A stretch of 64,000 nt of DNA from Negaprion brevirostris (taxonomy: Eukaryota). The notes below the pieces were generated by a model, which was given only the letters and a program-made list of their open reading frames with translations, did not search any database and was not told where the DNA came from. A program made the translations under genes and the position numbers. The stretch lies in contig JARDVH010000031.1 in NCBI GenBank assembly GCA_030324005.1, positions 27,117,456 through 27,181,455 of the forward strand, given 5' to 3'. Each line of letters opens with the position of its first letter. The first letter of the stretch is position 1. Shown here one piece after another: positions 25,186 through 37,664 of this stretch.

Positions 25186-27597
25186 CAGAAAGCAGTCAGA
25201 GAAATCTCTCCCTCAGAACAATCAACAGCCTCGGTGAAGGTTGCCATAGCAACCTTTAATCAGTTCCACACTCCATCTGACCCAGTCCTGCTCCTGCACC
25301 CAAAGGCTCTGATTAGACAAAGCACTCAAATCCAGATCAATTCAGGGCTAACCCCCTTGAAAATCAAATCTCTTATCAGTTTCCGGACTCAAAAACAAAC
25401 CCGACTTTTGTTTCCCATCTCTGTTTAGCCCACAGTTTTCACAACAAATTCAAAATCAACATTTTGCTTTTGATGTTTCTAAGCAACAATGTCCTGTTAG
25501 ATACGATGACCAAAATAGTGTGATCCATTTTGGCAAAGGACTGGCTTGCTGACAAATATTTTCAAGGAACTTAAGATATAATTTAAATGCAGGCTAAAAA
25601 TAGGCCTCACTTGTCATTCTCCATACATATCTACTTCTTTCATATCAAGGCTTGTTGTCAGCTCACGCACACAATTGAATGGTCTCTTTAGTTCTGCCCT
25701 CTTGCACATCTTGACCTTCACAAAGAAGCAGGCTTGAAGGAATATCTTCCGAGTGCAGGGCCCAATCTTACTGGTCGTCTATGCCACGCTCCTGCTGCAG
25801 CGATGTTGAAGAATTTGGCACCCAACCAAATATCTGTTCACTGCAACGGGATTGGGAAAATCGCGCTGCTATGAACAGTGGTTCAATTCCAGCCATAGAG
25901 TCCATTTAAGCACAGGCGCAAGGGAAGTAAGAAAACATGAGAAAACCTCAATATTGCTTTCTATCACCTGGTCACTCATGTCTAATTTTGTTAAACATTA
26001 GCTCAGAAGAAAATATATCCCAAGGGAGCACTGAGAAATGTTGGCCATGATTCTTCCATTGCGACCCGCAACTTTTCTGTTGGGTCGTGGTGGGAGATGC
26101 GTGTCCCTGGCCTTGAACAGGGATTTGCGCATGTGCCGTGAAAGCACGCACATCTCCCAGAGCTGGCAAACACTTGCCAGTCAGACCACACTGGAAACTG
26201 GCAGGAAAACAGGTAAGTCATTTAAATCTTTTTAAAATATGTTTAAATAAGTATATGAGTAACTATCTGTACCTTTCAGGGGTTTGGGGCAATCGGTGGG
26301 GGTGGAGGTTCCCGCTGCCATTTTGCAGACAGGATCAATCTGGGATGGAGGGAGGGTAGCGATTTGGGGGGAGGAGTGGTCTACTGGAGGTGGGGTTGGG
26401 GTTCAGCTGTCTCCGGAGGGGGGTTTTACCCTCGGGGAGGGGAATTGCCACTGCTGGGGGGGGGGGGGGGGGTAGGCTGTGAATCGGGGCACTCTGNNNN
26501 NNNNNNNNNNNNNNNNNNNNNNNNNNNNNNNNNNNNNNNNNNNNNNNNNNNNNNNNNNNNNNNNNNNNNNNNNNNNNNNNNNNNNNNNNNNNNNNNNNNN
26601 NNNNNNNNNNNNNNNNNNNNNNNNNNNNNNNNNNNNNNNNNNNNNNNNNNNNNNNNNNNNNNNNNNNNNNNNNNNNNNNNNNNNNNNNNNNNNNNNNNNN
26701 NNNNNNNNNNNNNNNNNNNNNNNNNNNNNNNNNNNNNNNNNNNNNNNNNNNNNNNNNNNNNNNNNNNNNNNNNNNNNNNNNNNNNNNNNNNNNNNNNNNN
26801 NNNNNNNNNNNNNNNNNNNNNNNNNNNNNNNNNNNNNNNNNNNNNNNNNNNNNNNNNNNNNNNNNNNNNNNNNNNNNNNNNNNNNNNNNNNNNNNNNNNN
26901 NNNNNNNNNNNNNNNNNNNNNNNNNNNNNNNNNNNNNNNNNNNNNNNNNNNNNNNNNNNNNNNNNNNNNNNNNNNNNNNNNNNNNNNNNNNNNNNNNNNN
27001 NNNNNNNNNNNNNNNNNNNNNNNNNNNNNNNNNNNNNNNNNNNNNNNNNNNNNNNNATACGTGCATTGCACCTTTGAATATTTGTGATTCAGTTTCCTAT
27101 TTTTAAATACAAGTGGTCAGTGGTTTTAGTAAGTTAGCCTCTAGTCTGGGTGGAAATATGCGCAATTTTGAACAGAATTTGGTGGCTTGGTGCAAATCAT
27201 ATCAAATCGAGGCAGATGGAATGAATACTTCCCCTGCATTTCTGAGGCGGAAATATAGCAAATGGTACACCTTTCCAACCTTGGGGGTGAAACATTTGTT
27301 AAAGAGAACAACTATTAAAGTAGTTAGGGAACAGTCCTGAAACTGTAACAGTTTCTTAATAAATGAAACATTTAGTTCTCCAAAATGTAGCCTTCTGTAA
27401 ATTTAATCTCTCAGGAATTGACATCAGAATCTGGCAGGTTCTGAGCCCTTGTGAGCAAATCATAGCAGACCACTTTATATAAAAACAACTTCAGCTGGCA
27501 ATTGTTCCTATTGCATTTGCAATAAACTATATAATCAAAGTTAGCAGTGACAACACCTTAATGCAATATAAGCAAGCAAGTGTCACTTTTTTTTACT

Positions 27598-28346
27598 TGT
27601 AACTTGCTCGATGGAAAGAAAACACAAGTTGAAAAGATATCACACAACAGATTTATTTAGTTTTAGGCTTTAGGTAAAAGCAAAACTTCCAGCTCCGGAG
27701 GCCCAAAAATTCAAGCGTTTGCCAGTTCCGTGACTGAGGTTCAAACTCTCAGGGAGCAGATATTCTCCACAGGTCTCTGTCAAACTGAAGAAGAGTTCTG
27801 CAAAGGGGGACACAAGTTAATTCCCTGTCTTTACTCCAAAGAGAAGTGCATATCCCACTAATTCACTAGAGGATTGGACACCAGACAATCAATTTCTGTT
27901 TCATTGTAAAAAAGAACAAACTCAGACAGGTGACTAATGCCGTTGTGCTTCCAATCGATAGGGGTTGTGTTTGGCAGTGGTCTGATTGAAATATACAGAA
28001 TAGGTACACTATCAAGCCACCAACCTCAAGTCACACAAATAATGTTCTTGAGCCAGTCACTAAGAGGGAACAGCTTAGGTGGTTACCCATTACCCTTCTT
28101 CACCTAGGTGAAGAACCAGTCAATCCTTTAATATTAATTTTGGAGGGTTGAGTGGAATGTACACATATCCATCAGATGCAAGTAGCCACACTGGATGTTG
28201 TAACAATAGTATTCAGAGCTCGTGCTGCAGTCTTCATTCACTTGGGTTCTCTGGAGAGGGGATAAATTATTTAACAAAACGGTTCCTTGAATTAATGCTC
28301 ACTCGATCCAGACCTCAAATCACAAGTGAAACCATATAATGTTACA
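27598..28346. mobile_element. Candidate solo LTR (Gypsy-like)
   Basis: TGTAAC...GTTACA inverted 6-bp ends, about 750 bp, with a reverse polyA-like signal (tttatt) near the left end. No matching TSD seen. Confidence 0.3.
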
Positions 28347-28359
28347 GAACACCTTAGGT

Positions 28360-28600
28360 CCCTCTGCAAGCAGAATCCAAACCTTCCTATTGCTTGCCAT
28401 TTAACACCCCACCCTCATGTTCACATGTCTGTCCTTAGCCCTGTTGCAATGTTCCAGTGAAGCCCAATGCAAACTGGAAGAACAGCACCTCATCTTCTAA
28501 TTAGGCATTTTACATCCTTCCAGAGTTCAACAACTTCAGATCATGAACTGTCTACTCCATCTTCACCCCATTTTTCCTCCACCTATTTTATCTCACTTTA
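28360..28600 (+). mobile_element. PLE GIY-YIG C-terminal fragment; its tail resumes at about 30070-30720 after SINE and CR1 insertions
   Basis: LPIACH...HMSV..LLQCSSEAQCKLEEQHLIF...FNNFRS*; downstream cagatgctgtcagacctctgaggttttctagcattttc tail with a decayed hammerhead at about 30586-30625. Confidence 0.75.
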
Positions 28601-28719
28601 CATCTTTTTTGAGAAAATGGGGAATTATTGAATCCTAAAGTGCAGAAGGAGGCCATTTGGCCCATCAAACCTACACTGACAGCAATCCCACCCAAGCCCT
28701 ATCCCCACAACCCCCACAG

Positions 28720-30066
28720 ACTGGTTAGCTTGACATCAATGGTGGGGAAAATGCTGGAGTCAGTTACTAAGGATGTAATGACTGAGAATTTGGAAAACGG
28801 TGACAGGATTGGTCCAAGTCAGCGTGGATTCACTAAAGGGAAATTGTGCTTAACAAATCTGGAATATTTTGAGGATGCGACCAGTAAAATGGACAAGGGT
28901 GAATCAGTGGATGTTGTATATCTGGACTTTCAAAAGAAAGGCTTTTGTCAAGGTACCGCACAAGAGATTAGTGAGCAAAATTAAAGCTCCTGGTGTTGGG
29001 GGTAATGTAATGATGTGGATAGAGAATTGATTGGCAGATCGGAAGCAGAGAGTGGAAATAAAGGGGTCTTTTTCAAAGTGGCAGGCAGTGACTAGTGGGG
29101 TACTGCAGCATTCATTGCTGGGACCCCAGCTCTTCATAATATACAGTAATGATTTGGATGAAGGAATCGAATGCAATATCTCATAAATTTGTAGACTACA
29201 CTAAACTGGGTGGCAGTGTGTGCTGTGAGGAGGATGCTAAGAGGCTGCAGGTTGACTTGGACAGGCTGGCTGAGTGGTCAAATATAATGTGGATAAATGT
29301 GAGGTTATCCACTTTGGTGGCAAAAATGGGAAAGAAGATTATTATCTGAAAATGGCAGTGTAGGAAAAGGGGAAGTGCAACGTGACCTGGGTGTCATGGT
29401 GGAACAGTTATTGAAGGTTGGCATGCAGGTACAGCAGGCGATGAGGAAAGCTAATGGCATGCTGGCCTTCACAGCAAGAGGTTTTGTGTATAGGAGTGAG
29501 GATGTCTTGTTGAGTTCATACAGGGCCTTGGTGAGACCACACTTGAGTACTGTGTGAAGTTGTGGACACTCTTGCTATTGAGGGAGTCCAGCAAAGGTTC
29601 ACCAGATTTCTGGACTGACATATGAAGAGAGATTGGATTGACTGGGCTTGTACTCACTGGAATTTAGAAGAATGAGAGGAGATCTCGTAGAAATACATAA
29701 AATCCTGATGGAATTGGACAGGCAAGATGCAGGAAGAATGTTCCCGATGTTAGGGAAGTCCAGAACTAGGGATCACAGTCTAAGAATAAGGGACAAGCCA
29801 TTCAGGACTGAGATGAGAAAAACTTCTTCACTCAGAGAATTGTGAACCTGTGGAAGTTTCTAGCAGAGAAAGCTGTTGGGACTGGTTCATTAGGTATGTT
29901 CAAGGAGAGCTGGATGTGGCCCTTGTAGCTAAAAGGATCAAGGGATATGGGCAGAAAGCAGGAGTGGGACACTAAAAGTTCATGATCAACCATGGTCATA
30001 TTGAATGGAGGTACAGGCTCAAAGGGCTGAATGGCCTACTCCTGCACCTATTTTCTATGTTTCTGT
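28720..30066 (+). mobile_element. CR1 LINE, 5'-truncated, about 1.35 kb
   Basis: LVSLTSMVGKMLE...GFTKGKLCLTNL..VDVVYLDFQK, KFVDYTKLGG, RALVRPHL; tail gaatggcctactcctgcacctattttctatgtttct. Confidence 0.92.
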
Positions 30067-30309
30067 GTCTCCCCCACCCCACTCAGGTCATCTGTCATAT
30101 GTCTCAGGTTGTCCTTTGACACTCTGCTTATGTTTGTTCTGCCATTAACAGATCCAGATTTCTTCGTGTGTCACTATCAACACCTTTCTTAACCATGATC
30201 CCCATTATTTCCATTCCCTTTGACTTCTTTTGACCATGACATGCTGTCAATCTCTCCCTACCCTCCAGTTATCACTGGCCCACTGCCCAGCCCATACCCC
30301 GCATCCCCC

Positions 30310-30310
<1 letters not shown>

Positions 30311-30382
<72 letters not shown>

Positions 30383-30482
30383 NNNNNNNNNNNNNNNNNN
30401 NNNNNNNNNNNNNNNNNNNNNNNNNNNNNNNNNNNNNNNNNNNNNNNNNNNNNNNNNNNNNNNNNNNNNNNNNNNNNNNNNN

Positions 30483-30551
<69 letters not shown>

Positions 30552-30556
30552 ACACA
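30311..30556. repeat. (CA)n microsatellite spanning a 100-N gap
   Basis: Directly visible. Confidence 0.97.
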
Positions 30557-32084
30557 ATGAATCTCATCCTTTTTCCAGTTCTCTCTAACTCCAATGAAGA
30601 GTCATCCAGACTTGAGATTTCAATTTTGATCTCTGTCCGCAGATGCTGTCAGACCTCTGAGGTTTTCTAGCATTTTCTTTGTCTGTTTCCGATTCCAGCA
30701 TTCCACAGTAATTTGCTTTGATATATACAGGTGGAAGGAGATCCTCATTCTGACTTGGACCATTATTTGTATCCAGTTATATTTAATGAAAATCTGGGCA
30801 TTGACCATCATATAAAGTAACAACATCCGAGGTGAATCATTGACATCCAGGTGCAATTGGATGTTGGAGTTTTAAATTTCAGAAATGGTGTGCTGAAAAG
30901 GGTTAAAATGATTACCATATGAGAAATAAGAACATGGAAATCTCAGGGAATATGTGCCAAACTAGTTAACTTGCTGGGTTTTAGTCATTTTAGGCTATCA
31001 TTTTTGACAGTGTGTTAAATTTTGACTAAGTGTGTGCAAAGACTTGAACTGATACCTTTCTTGCCCAATTAACATGTCCACATAGAATTGCCATTAATAT
31101 TCTTTTTGGTAGGTTCAGTGCACAGTGCTGCTGATGTTGTCCTTAATCCACACAACAGCATTGGCACTAGTTCCTTGCACACAAATGCCAGCTGTGCATT
31201 TAGTTAAGCCAACATAAATAGAAACTAAAAGCTACCAGTTAATAATGCCACCTCGATGTGAAGTAATCAAAGCTGAATAATTAAAACTAGTGCATTATTT
31301 TTCATTCTCTATTAAAACTGATGGATATATTCCAGCAGAGATTTCCATGCCACCACGTTGCTTAATTAATGCACTAATGGAATATCTATTCATTTTGACT
31401 GTAGATTGTGAAAGGCCAGGAGCAGCAAATGAAACAAAATTATGAAAAACAGAAGATGTGAGAATGGGGGAGGGGGTGCGGGGGTGGGGGGTGCGGTGCT
31501 GGNNNNNNNNNNNNNNNNNNNNNNNNNNNNNNNNNNNNNNNNNNNNNNNNNNNNNNNNNNNNNNNNNNNNNNNNNNNNNNNNNNNNNNNNNNNNNNNNNN
31601 NNNNNNNNNNNNNNNNNNNNNNNNNNNNNNNNNNNNNNNNNNNNNNNNNNNNNNNNNNNNNNNNNNNNNNNNNNNNNNNNNNNNNNNNNNNNNNNNNNNN
31701 NNNNNNNNNNNNNNNNNNNNNNNNNNNNNNNNNNNNNNNNNNNNNNNNNNNNNNNNNNNNNNNNNNNNNNNNNNNNNNNNNNNNNNNNNNNNNNNNNNNN
31801 NNNNNNNNNNNNNNNNNNNNNNNNNNNNNNNNNNNNNNNNNNNNNNNNNNNNNNNNNNNNNNNNNNNNNNNNNNNNNNNNNNNNNNNNNNNNNNNTATGC
31901 CATTCAGGCAATTAATAGGCCAGCAGTGGGCCTTCACCCAGGGTGGGGAGGTCCTGCCCACTGAAAGCTAGCTGACCAATGTTGTCTGTCCATACTTTGA
32001 TTTTGAAGAAAGCTTTTAAACTCAATGTAAAGATTTGAAAACAGAAGTGTGCTTTTAAAAACTGTTGACCTTAAAGTCCATTAT

Positions 32085-32420
32085 GTCATAATTACACATT
32101 CGTGACGCCTCCATTTTACAATTCTCATCCTCCATGACCTCACCCCTCCCTAGCTGTCTCACCTCTTCTATCGCCATAACCTTCCAAGGCAAGATCACTA
32201 CACTTCTCCAATTTGGGCCTCATGCCAATCTCCTTCCACCCCATCACTGACAGCTATACTTTTAGCTGTGCAGACTATAAACCTGGGAATTTCCTCCCTG
32301 GATCTCTCCACTTCTCTCACCCTCCTTGGAGATTCTTCTTAAAACCTTCTGTAATCAAGCTTAAGGATACCTCTCTCCTTAAGGGTCTCAGCATTAAACA
32401 CCATGGGATGTTTTCCTACT
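32085..32420 (+). mobile_element. L2 LINE 3' remnant
   Basis: ctccatgacctcacccctccct...tttagctgtgcag..ctgggaatttcctccct resembles the L2 C-terminal F...P.LWNSLP segment. Confidence 0.5.
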
Positions 32421-32459
32421 TAACAGCACAAATCAACCATCAGTTCAGTGGTTGTCACA

Positions 32460-32975
32460 GAATCATCAAAAATAGGAGCAGGAGTAGACCATGTGGGCCC
32501 ATCGAGCTTGCTCCACCATTCATTAAGTTGATCCAATTGTGGCTCAATTTTCCTGCCTGACCCCCATAATCCTTGATTCACTTGTCAATCAAAAATCTGT
32601 CTAACTCAGCCTCGAATATATTTAATCAGCCTCGACTGCACTCTGGGGAACAGAATTCCACAGAGTAATCAACCTCTAAGAGAAGGAACCGCTTCTGACT
32701 TTGTCTTAAATGGGACACCCCAGTGTTCCCTTTATTCCCCCAGCCTTCTCTCTGTCAAGCCCCCTCAGTATCTTACATATTTCAGTAAAATCCTCCTTAT
32801 TCTAAACTCCAATGAGTACAGGTCCAATCTGCGCAACCTTTTCTTACAGTGCAATCCAGGAGTGAACCGAGTGAACCTTCTTTGAATTGCTTCCAATGCA
32901 AGTATATCCTTCCTTAAGTAAGGGGACAAACACTGTACAGTGTTCTGGGTGTGGTCTCACCAATGCCTGTAAAGT
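32460..32975 (-). mobile_element. CR1 LINE 3' fragment
   Basis: aataggagcaggagtagaccat tail (reverse) and gtgtggtctcaccaatgcc (reverse of ALVRPH). Confidence 0.8.
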
Positions 32976-34806
32976 TGTGGCCCATTGGAAGATTGCTGAA
33001 GGAGCCTATCTTCATCTCTAAACCTAAGCAATGATGACTTGCTAACAAATTGCCCATGAGACATGGGATAGCGAATGTGAGAGTGTGGGTGGGAGNNNNN
33101 NNNNNTATTCCATTCTCACCTTGGAGTTCATTTCTACAATTTGCAACACAACGAAATGAAGAGCAGTGAGGGACAGCATTTTATGGGGGTTCATTACTCA
33201 CTTCCCTGCCCCATAAGTAGAGTCATCTGGAAGATCACTCGCTCAAAGCCAGTCCACCCCTCAGCCATACAATGCTGCGAGAAAGCTGTATGAGTGGAGA
33301 GTGGAACTTCCATCCCTCACCCTGGATTGGCCAGCAGCCTTCATCAGTCCAGGCAGGAGCAGGCCGAATACTGAGCAAAAATCTGAGGAACATCAAGGCT
33401 GTCTTGAGAGGGTAAGTCCTGGGTTCAAGGGCAGAGTGGAATTCCAGAGTCCAAGCAGCAGATGGGTGGATGGAGGTGAAGGGGTAGGGAGGTAGACAGG
33501 TTCTNNNNNNNNNNNNNNNNNNNNNNNNNNNNNNNNNNNNNNNNNNNNNNNNNNNNNNNNNNNNNNNNNNNNNNNNNNNNNNNNNNNNNNNNNNNNNNNN
33601 NNNNNNNNNNNNNNNNNNNNNNNNNNNNNNNNNNNNNNNNNNNNNNNNNNNNNNNNNNNNNNNNNNNNNNNNNNNNNNNNNNNNCATGCTTTCTTCGGGT
33701 AGCGGCACAGAAGGAAAGGGGGTGACATTTTGCGGGCGGTGCCCCCGATTCACACAGGGCATGCTCCAAATGTCGTCCTCCCAATGCCCACACTTCGTTT
33801 CTCATTTAGGCTTTTAATAGTGGCATTTGCATGGGCAGTACATTATTGAGTTGAATGGGCCTGTTAACAAACCTGAACGACCCTTAGTTATTTGTTTATA
33901 TATGATGGACAAGCTACTGATTTTGGCAGCCGCGCTCTTAGTGTATTATGGGGGTGAACTCAAGGACAGAATATGGTGGGTTAGCCACGGACCTATTTTA
34001 TGTGCACCTGACTTTGCCAATTAATATCAGCCCACCAAATGGATATTTTGTCTGATTTTGCTCCTTTGCAGCTCGGGACATTATGACTAATTGTAGAGTT
34101 TTGATCAGTTGAGATTAGTTACTTGTTCTGTTTTGTCAAAAGACATACCACATGAATGTTTGACAGTGATTAACAGGAAAAGTCCCACTTGTTCATTGAG
34201 TCTGTCCCACACAACTGCAATATCGAGTGCATCATAATATCCACACACTCCAGCTCAGTTAAGGTCATGTAATTTCTGGGGAAACCAAATAAAACCCAGA
34301 GCAATTTGGAAAGAAAATGCAAGAAGAATTTCTCTCCAAATCCTTTCCGACAGTCAAAACTTGTCAGAAAGCTATTGCAGCTCTGATTAATGTTATACTG
34401 CCATTTATATGATATCATCTGTACTCACCAGAAACAGGTCTAGTTTTCATAGAAGGAAGGGCCTGAGAAGATTGTTTTCAACAGTGTCACCATAAATATG
34501 TGTTGAAATCTTCCGTCATCAGTCGTGGATGGGATTCTCCACTGCCGCTGAAAGTGAATGAAGTCTTGGCTGGGACGTCAAATTCTCCGTTCTCATTTGT
34601 AACAGGGTGGGGTCAGAGAACCATCAAATTGTCATTGAAAGTAAAGGTTCAAGATCGGCACTGCTGACACACAGCTTGTTGCTGCATGGAAGCAAAAATA
34701 CAACAAATCTTTATTGCATAGCCAAGTTGTAAAGAAAGTAATACTGTATAGAATATAAATAGAACAGAACTCCATTCTTGCTTATAGAGGTTTACAGCAT
34801 GGAAAC

Positions 34807-35085
34807 TGCAGTGCAGAAGGAGGCCATTTGGACCATTGAGCCTCCGTTGACAGGAATCCCACCCAGACACTATTCCCGTAATCCTGCTGAGCCCCTTGAC
34901 ATACAGAGCAATTTCTCATGGTGAATCCACCGAACCTGCACATCTTTGGAGTGTAGGAGAAAACTGGTGCAAACACAGAGAGAACATACAAACTCTACAC
35001 AGACTGTGACACAAAGCCAAAATTGAACTTAGCCACCTGGTGCTCTGAGGCAGCGGAGCTAACCAGCGTGCCACTGTGCCGCCCA
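34807..35085 (-). mobile_element. HE1-type SINE, tail type A
   Basis: tgcagtgcagaaggaggccatt ... gctaaccagcgtgccactgtgccgccc. Confidence 0.8.
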
Positions 35086-35861
35086 CAATCTATTGAAAGA
35101 AACTTCTGGCACTCCGTTCGTTCCTCTATCCATTACCCTCCAGCCACATGTTCCAGCAATAGTGTGGCCAACACATTTTAATAAAGCTCAAGCAGTGTGC
35201 AATATGATGAAATGCCTCCCACAATGCTATTATTTTAAAATATCATAATAAACCACCAAGATCAAATTAAAATTGAAAGAAATTCGTAAGCCTCAGACCA
35301 AGGGCATCAGAGGGCATAACTAATTAATATTAATAATCATGTTAATATTGCTCCAAATTGTAAGGATTTGCCTGTGTAACATTAAAGCAGTGTGACGTGT
35401 ATTTCTCATTAAGGAGCTCCTTTGAAGACAGCTTTGCACATGCAGAGAGACTATTTTGCTATTCATATTTCACCTGTCACAAATGTCACTCCCATTTTTT
35501 TTGAGTATCATTCAAATTTAAATCTTCTCCCAATACAACAGTGCTTCTTTTTTCAAAATATGTCAAACAATTTATTGTGGGGGAAGCTTGTCACAATGTT
35601 AGTCAAAAACAACATCCCATCTTTTCCTCTGAATTTTGGTAACAAAGATATGTTAAGCAAGAAGATATGAATTTTCAGTGAAAATGTCTGTCAACTACAA
35701 ACATATCAAGTAAAGGTTCAAGAACGGCACTGCTGACACACGGGTTGCTGCTGCATAGAAGCAAAAATACAACAAATCAGAATCACATAGCCAGGCTGTA
35801 AAGAAAATAATACTGTATAGAATATGAATTTAAAAAAAACTCCATGCTTGCTTATAGAGTC

Positions 35862-36350
35862 ACAGAGGTTTACAGCATGGAAACAGGCTCTTCGGCCCAA
35901 CTTGTCCATGCCATCCTTTTTTTTAAACCCCTAGGCAAGTCCCAATTGTCCACATTTGGCCCATATCCCTCTATACCCATCTTACCCATGTAACTGTCTA
36001 AATGCTTTTTAAAAGGCAAAATTGTACCCACTACCTCTGGCAGCTTGTTCCAGGCGCTCACCACCCTCTGAGTGAAAAAATTGCCCCTCTGAATCCTTCT
36101 GTATCTCCCTTCTTACCTTAAACCTATGCCCTCTAAATTTAGATTCCCCTATCTTTGGAGAAAGAGATTGACTATCTAGTTGATCTATGCCCCTCATTAT
36201 TTTATTGATCTCTATAAGATCACCCCTCAGCCTTCTACGCTCCAGAGAAAAATGTCCCAGTCTGTCCAGCCTCTCCTGGTAGCTCAATCCATCAAGTCCT
36301 GTAACATCCTAGTAAATCTTTTCTGCACTCTTTTTAGTTTAATAATATCC
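35862..36350 (-). mobile_element. CR1 LINE 3' fragment
   Basis: SYQERLDRLGHFSLERRRLRGDLIEINKIMRG; WNKLPEVV..FKKHLD. Confidence 0.88.
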
Positions 36351-36700
36351 TGTTCTGAGACACTGAGCTCAGTGCTGGGTCTGGAGAGCTTGGGTTATTA
36401 TCAGAAGAGCTGGATCAGTCTCTGTCTTGAGACACTGGGTGCAGGGAGCCATTTTCAGTCCCTGTCCTGGGACACTGGGCTTGGTTTGTTGTCAGGAGAG
36501 CAGGATGAGTCCCTGGGACATTTGGTGCGGGGAGCTGTATTCAGTCCCTGTCCTAGGACACTGGGCTTTGTTTGAGGTCTGGAGAATGGGATTCAGTCAT
36601 TGTCCTGGGACACGGACGATGGAGTGCTGGGCTCGCTTTCAGTTGATGAGTGCCAAACTCTGTACTGGGAGGACTGGCACTGTTCTTTCTGGAACACTGG
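36350..36700. repeat. Degenerate tandem repeat with tgtcc(tg/ta)ggacactgg motif (about 43/86-bp period)
   Basis: tcagtccctgtcctgggacactgggcttggtttg (36455) versus tcagtccctgtcctaggacactgggctttgtttg (36541), plus about 5 looser copies. Confidence 0.7.
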
Positions 36701-36777
36701 CCTCTGTTCCAATTTCAGAGTAAATTGGAAGCAAAATACTGTGAATAGTGGAAATGTGAAATAAAAACAGGACAAGT

Positions 36778-37078
36778 GAGTGGCACAGTAAGTAGTACTG
36801 CTGCATCTCACTGACAGGTGTCAATTCTAGCATCAGATGACTGTGTGGAGTTTGCATATTTTCTCTGCAAGTACGTGGGTTTCCTCCGGCTGCACCAGTT
36901 TCCTCCAAAAGTGTGAATGCTACATGGATTGGCCCTACTAAATTGACACTTAATGTCAGGGGGATTAGCAGGGTAAATATGTGGGGTTATGGGGATAGGG
37001 CCTGGATGGGATTGTTGCGATGCAGGCTCGATGGGCTGAATAACCTCCTTCTGCACTGTAGGGATTCTATGATTCTAA
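36778..37078 (+). mobile_element. HE1-type SINE, tail type A
   Basis: gtggcacagt...gtgggtttcctccggctgc...cctccttctgcactgtagggattctatgattcta. Confidence 0.85.
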
Positions 37079-37467
37079 ATCTGTCTTTTTTACCTGCCTT
37101 TAGTCTAACTTATCAACGGAAGCTCAAATTTCCTTTAAAAGCTCCAGTTATCTCCTCTCCTCCTCTGTGACATGCTCAAAGACATTTTTCGACGTGCGTC
37201 GTGCTGTGTCTTCCGTACCCTTCAACAGCTAAGGTTCCTTGTGTCTTTTCTTACTCCTCAGTTGTGGGAACATAAGATCAGGATTTGTAGGATGGCGGGG
37301 TGTTGACACCTTGAGGGGCACATTTCTGCCGTGCTGGCTTCCCCACAGCCACCTAATGCTGCAAGGACCATTGGTTGGATAGATGCCGTACTCCCAGTCC
37401 CCACTCGGGAGAAAGTCCCCACCGCAAAGGGCTGCCAATCTGGTTGGCCAGCAGGCTGTTCAATCCA

Positions 37468-37664
37468 GCAGTAAGAAGTCTGACAACACTAGGTTAAAGT
37501 CGATCTGATTTATTTGATAGTACACTCACTAGCTTTCAGGGTTTGTCCCTTCGTCAGGTGAATGGAGAGTTCTGGCCTCAGACAGATCATATAAAGCACA
37601 GACAGTTTACAGATTACTGATTAGAATGCGAATCTTTACACCTAACCTGCTGTTCAAGTCTTAA
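37468..37664 (-). mobile_element. PLE pLTR fragment, family 1
   Basis: cagtaagaagtctgacaacactaggttaaagtc...tttatttgatag; homologous to 13956-14150. Confidence 0.8.
37523..37564 (-). ncRNA. Minimal type I hammerhead ribozyme motif (PLE-borne)
   Basis: Reverse complement cattcac-CTGACGA-aggg/acaaa/ccct-GAAA-gct-a-gtgagtg: 7-bp stem I, perfect stem II, intact core. Confidence 0.75.

Noticed and set aside
27961-27990. gatag|GGGTTG as the next DYNC2I1 exon starting with GL
   Set aside because: Reads GLCLAVV* with no similarity beyond GL.
30220-30670. TH/CV-repeat ORFs
   Set aside because: Translation of the (CA)n microsatellite.
33970-34024. WVSHGP peptide resembling the expected LISHGT
   Set aside because: No acceptor site and no further similarity.
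36350-36700. CRISPR-like repeat-spacer appearance
   Set aside because: Vertebrate DNA, degenerate repeats, related spacers and no cas genes.
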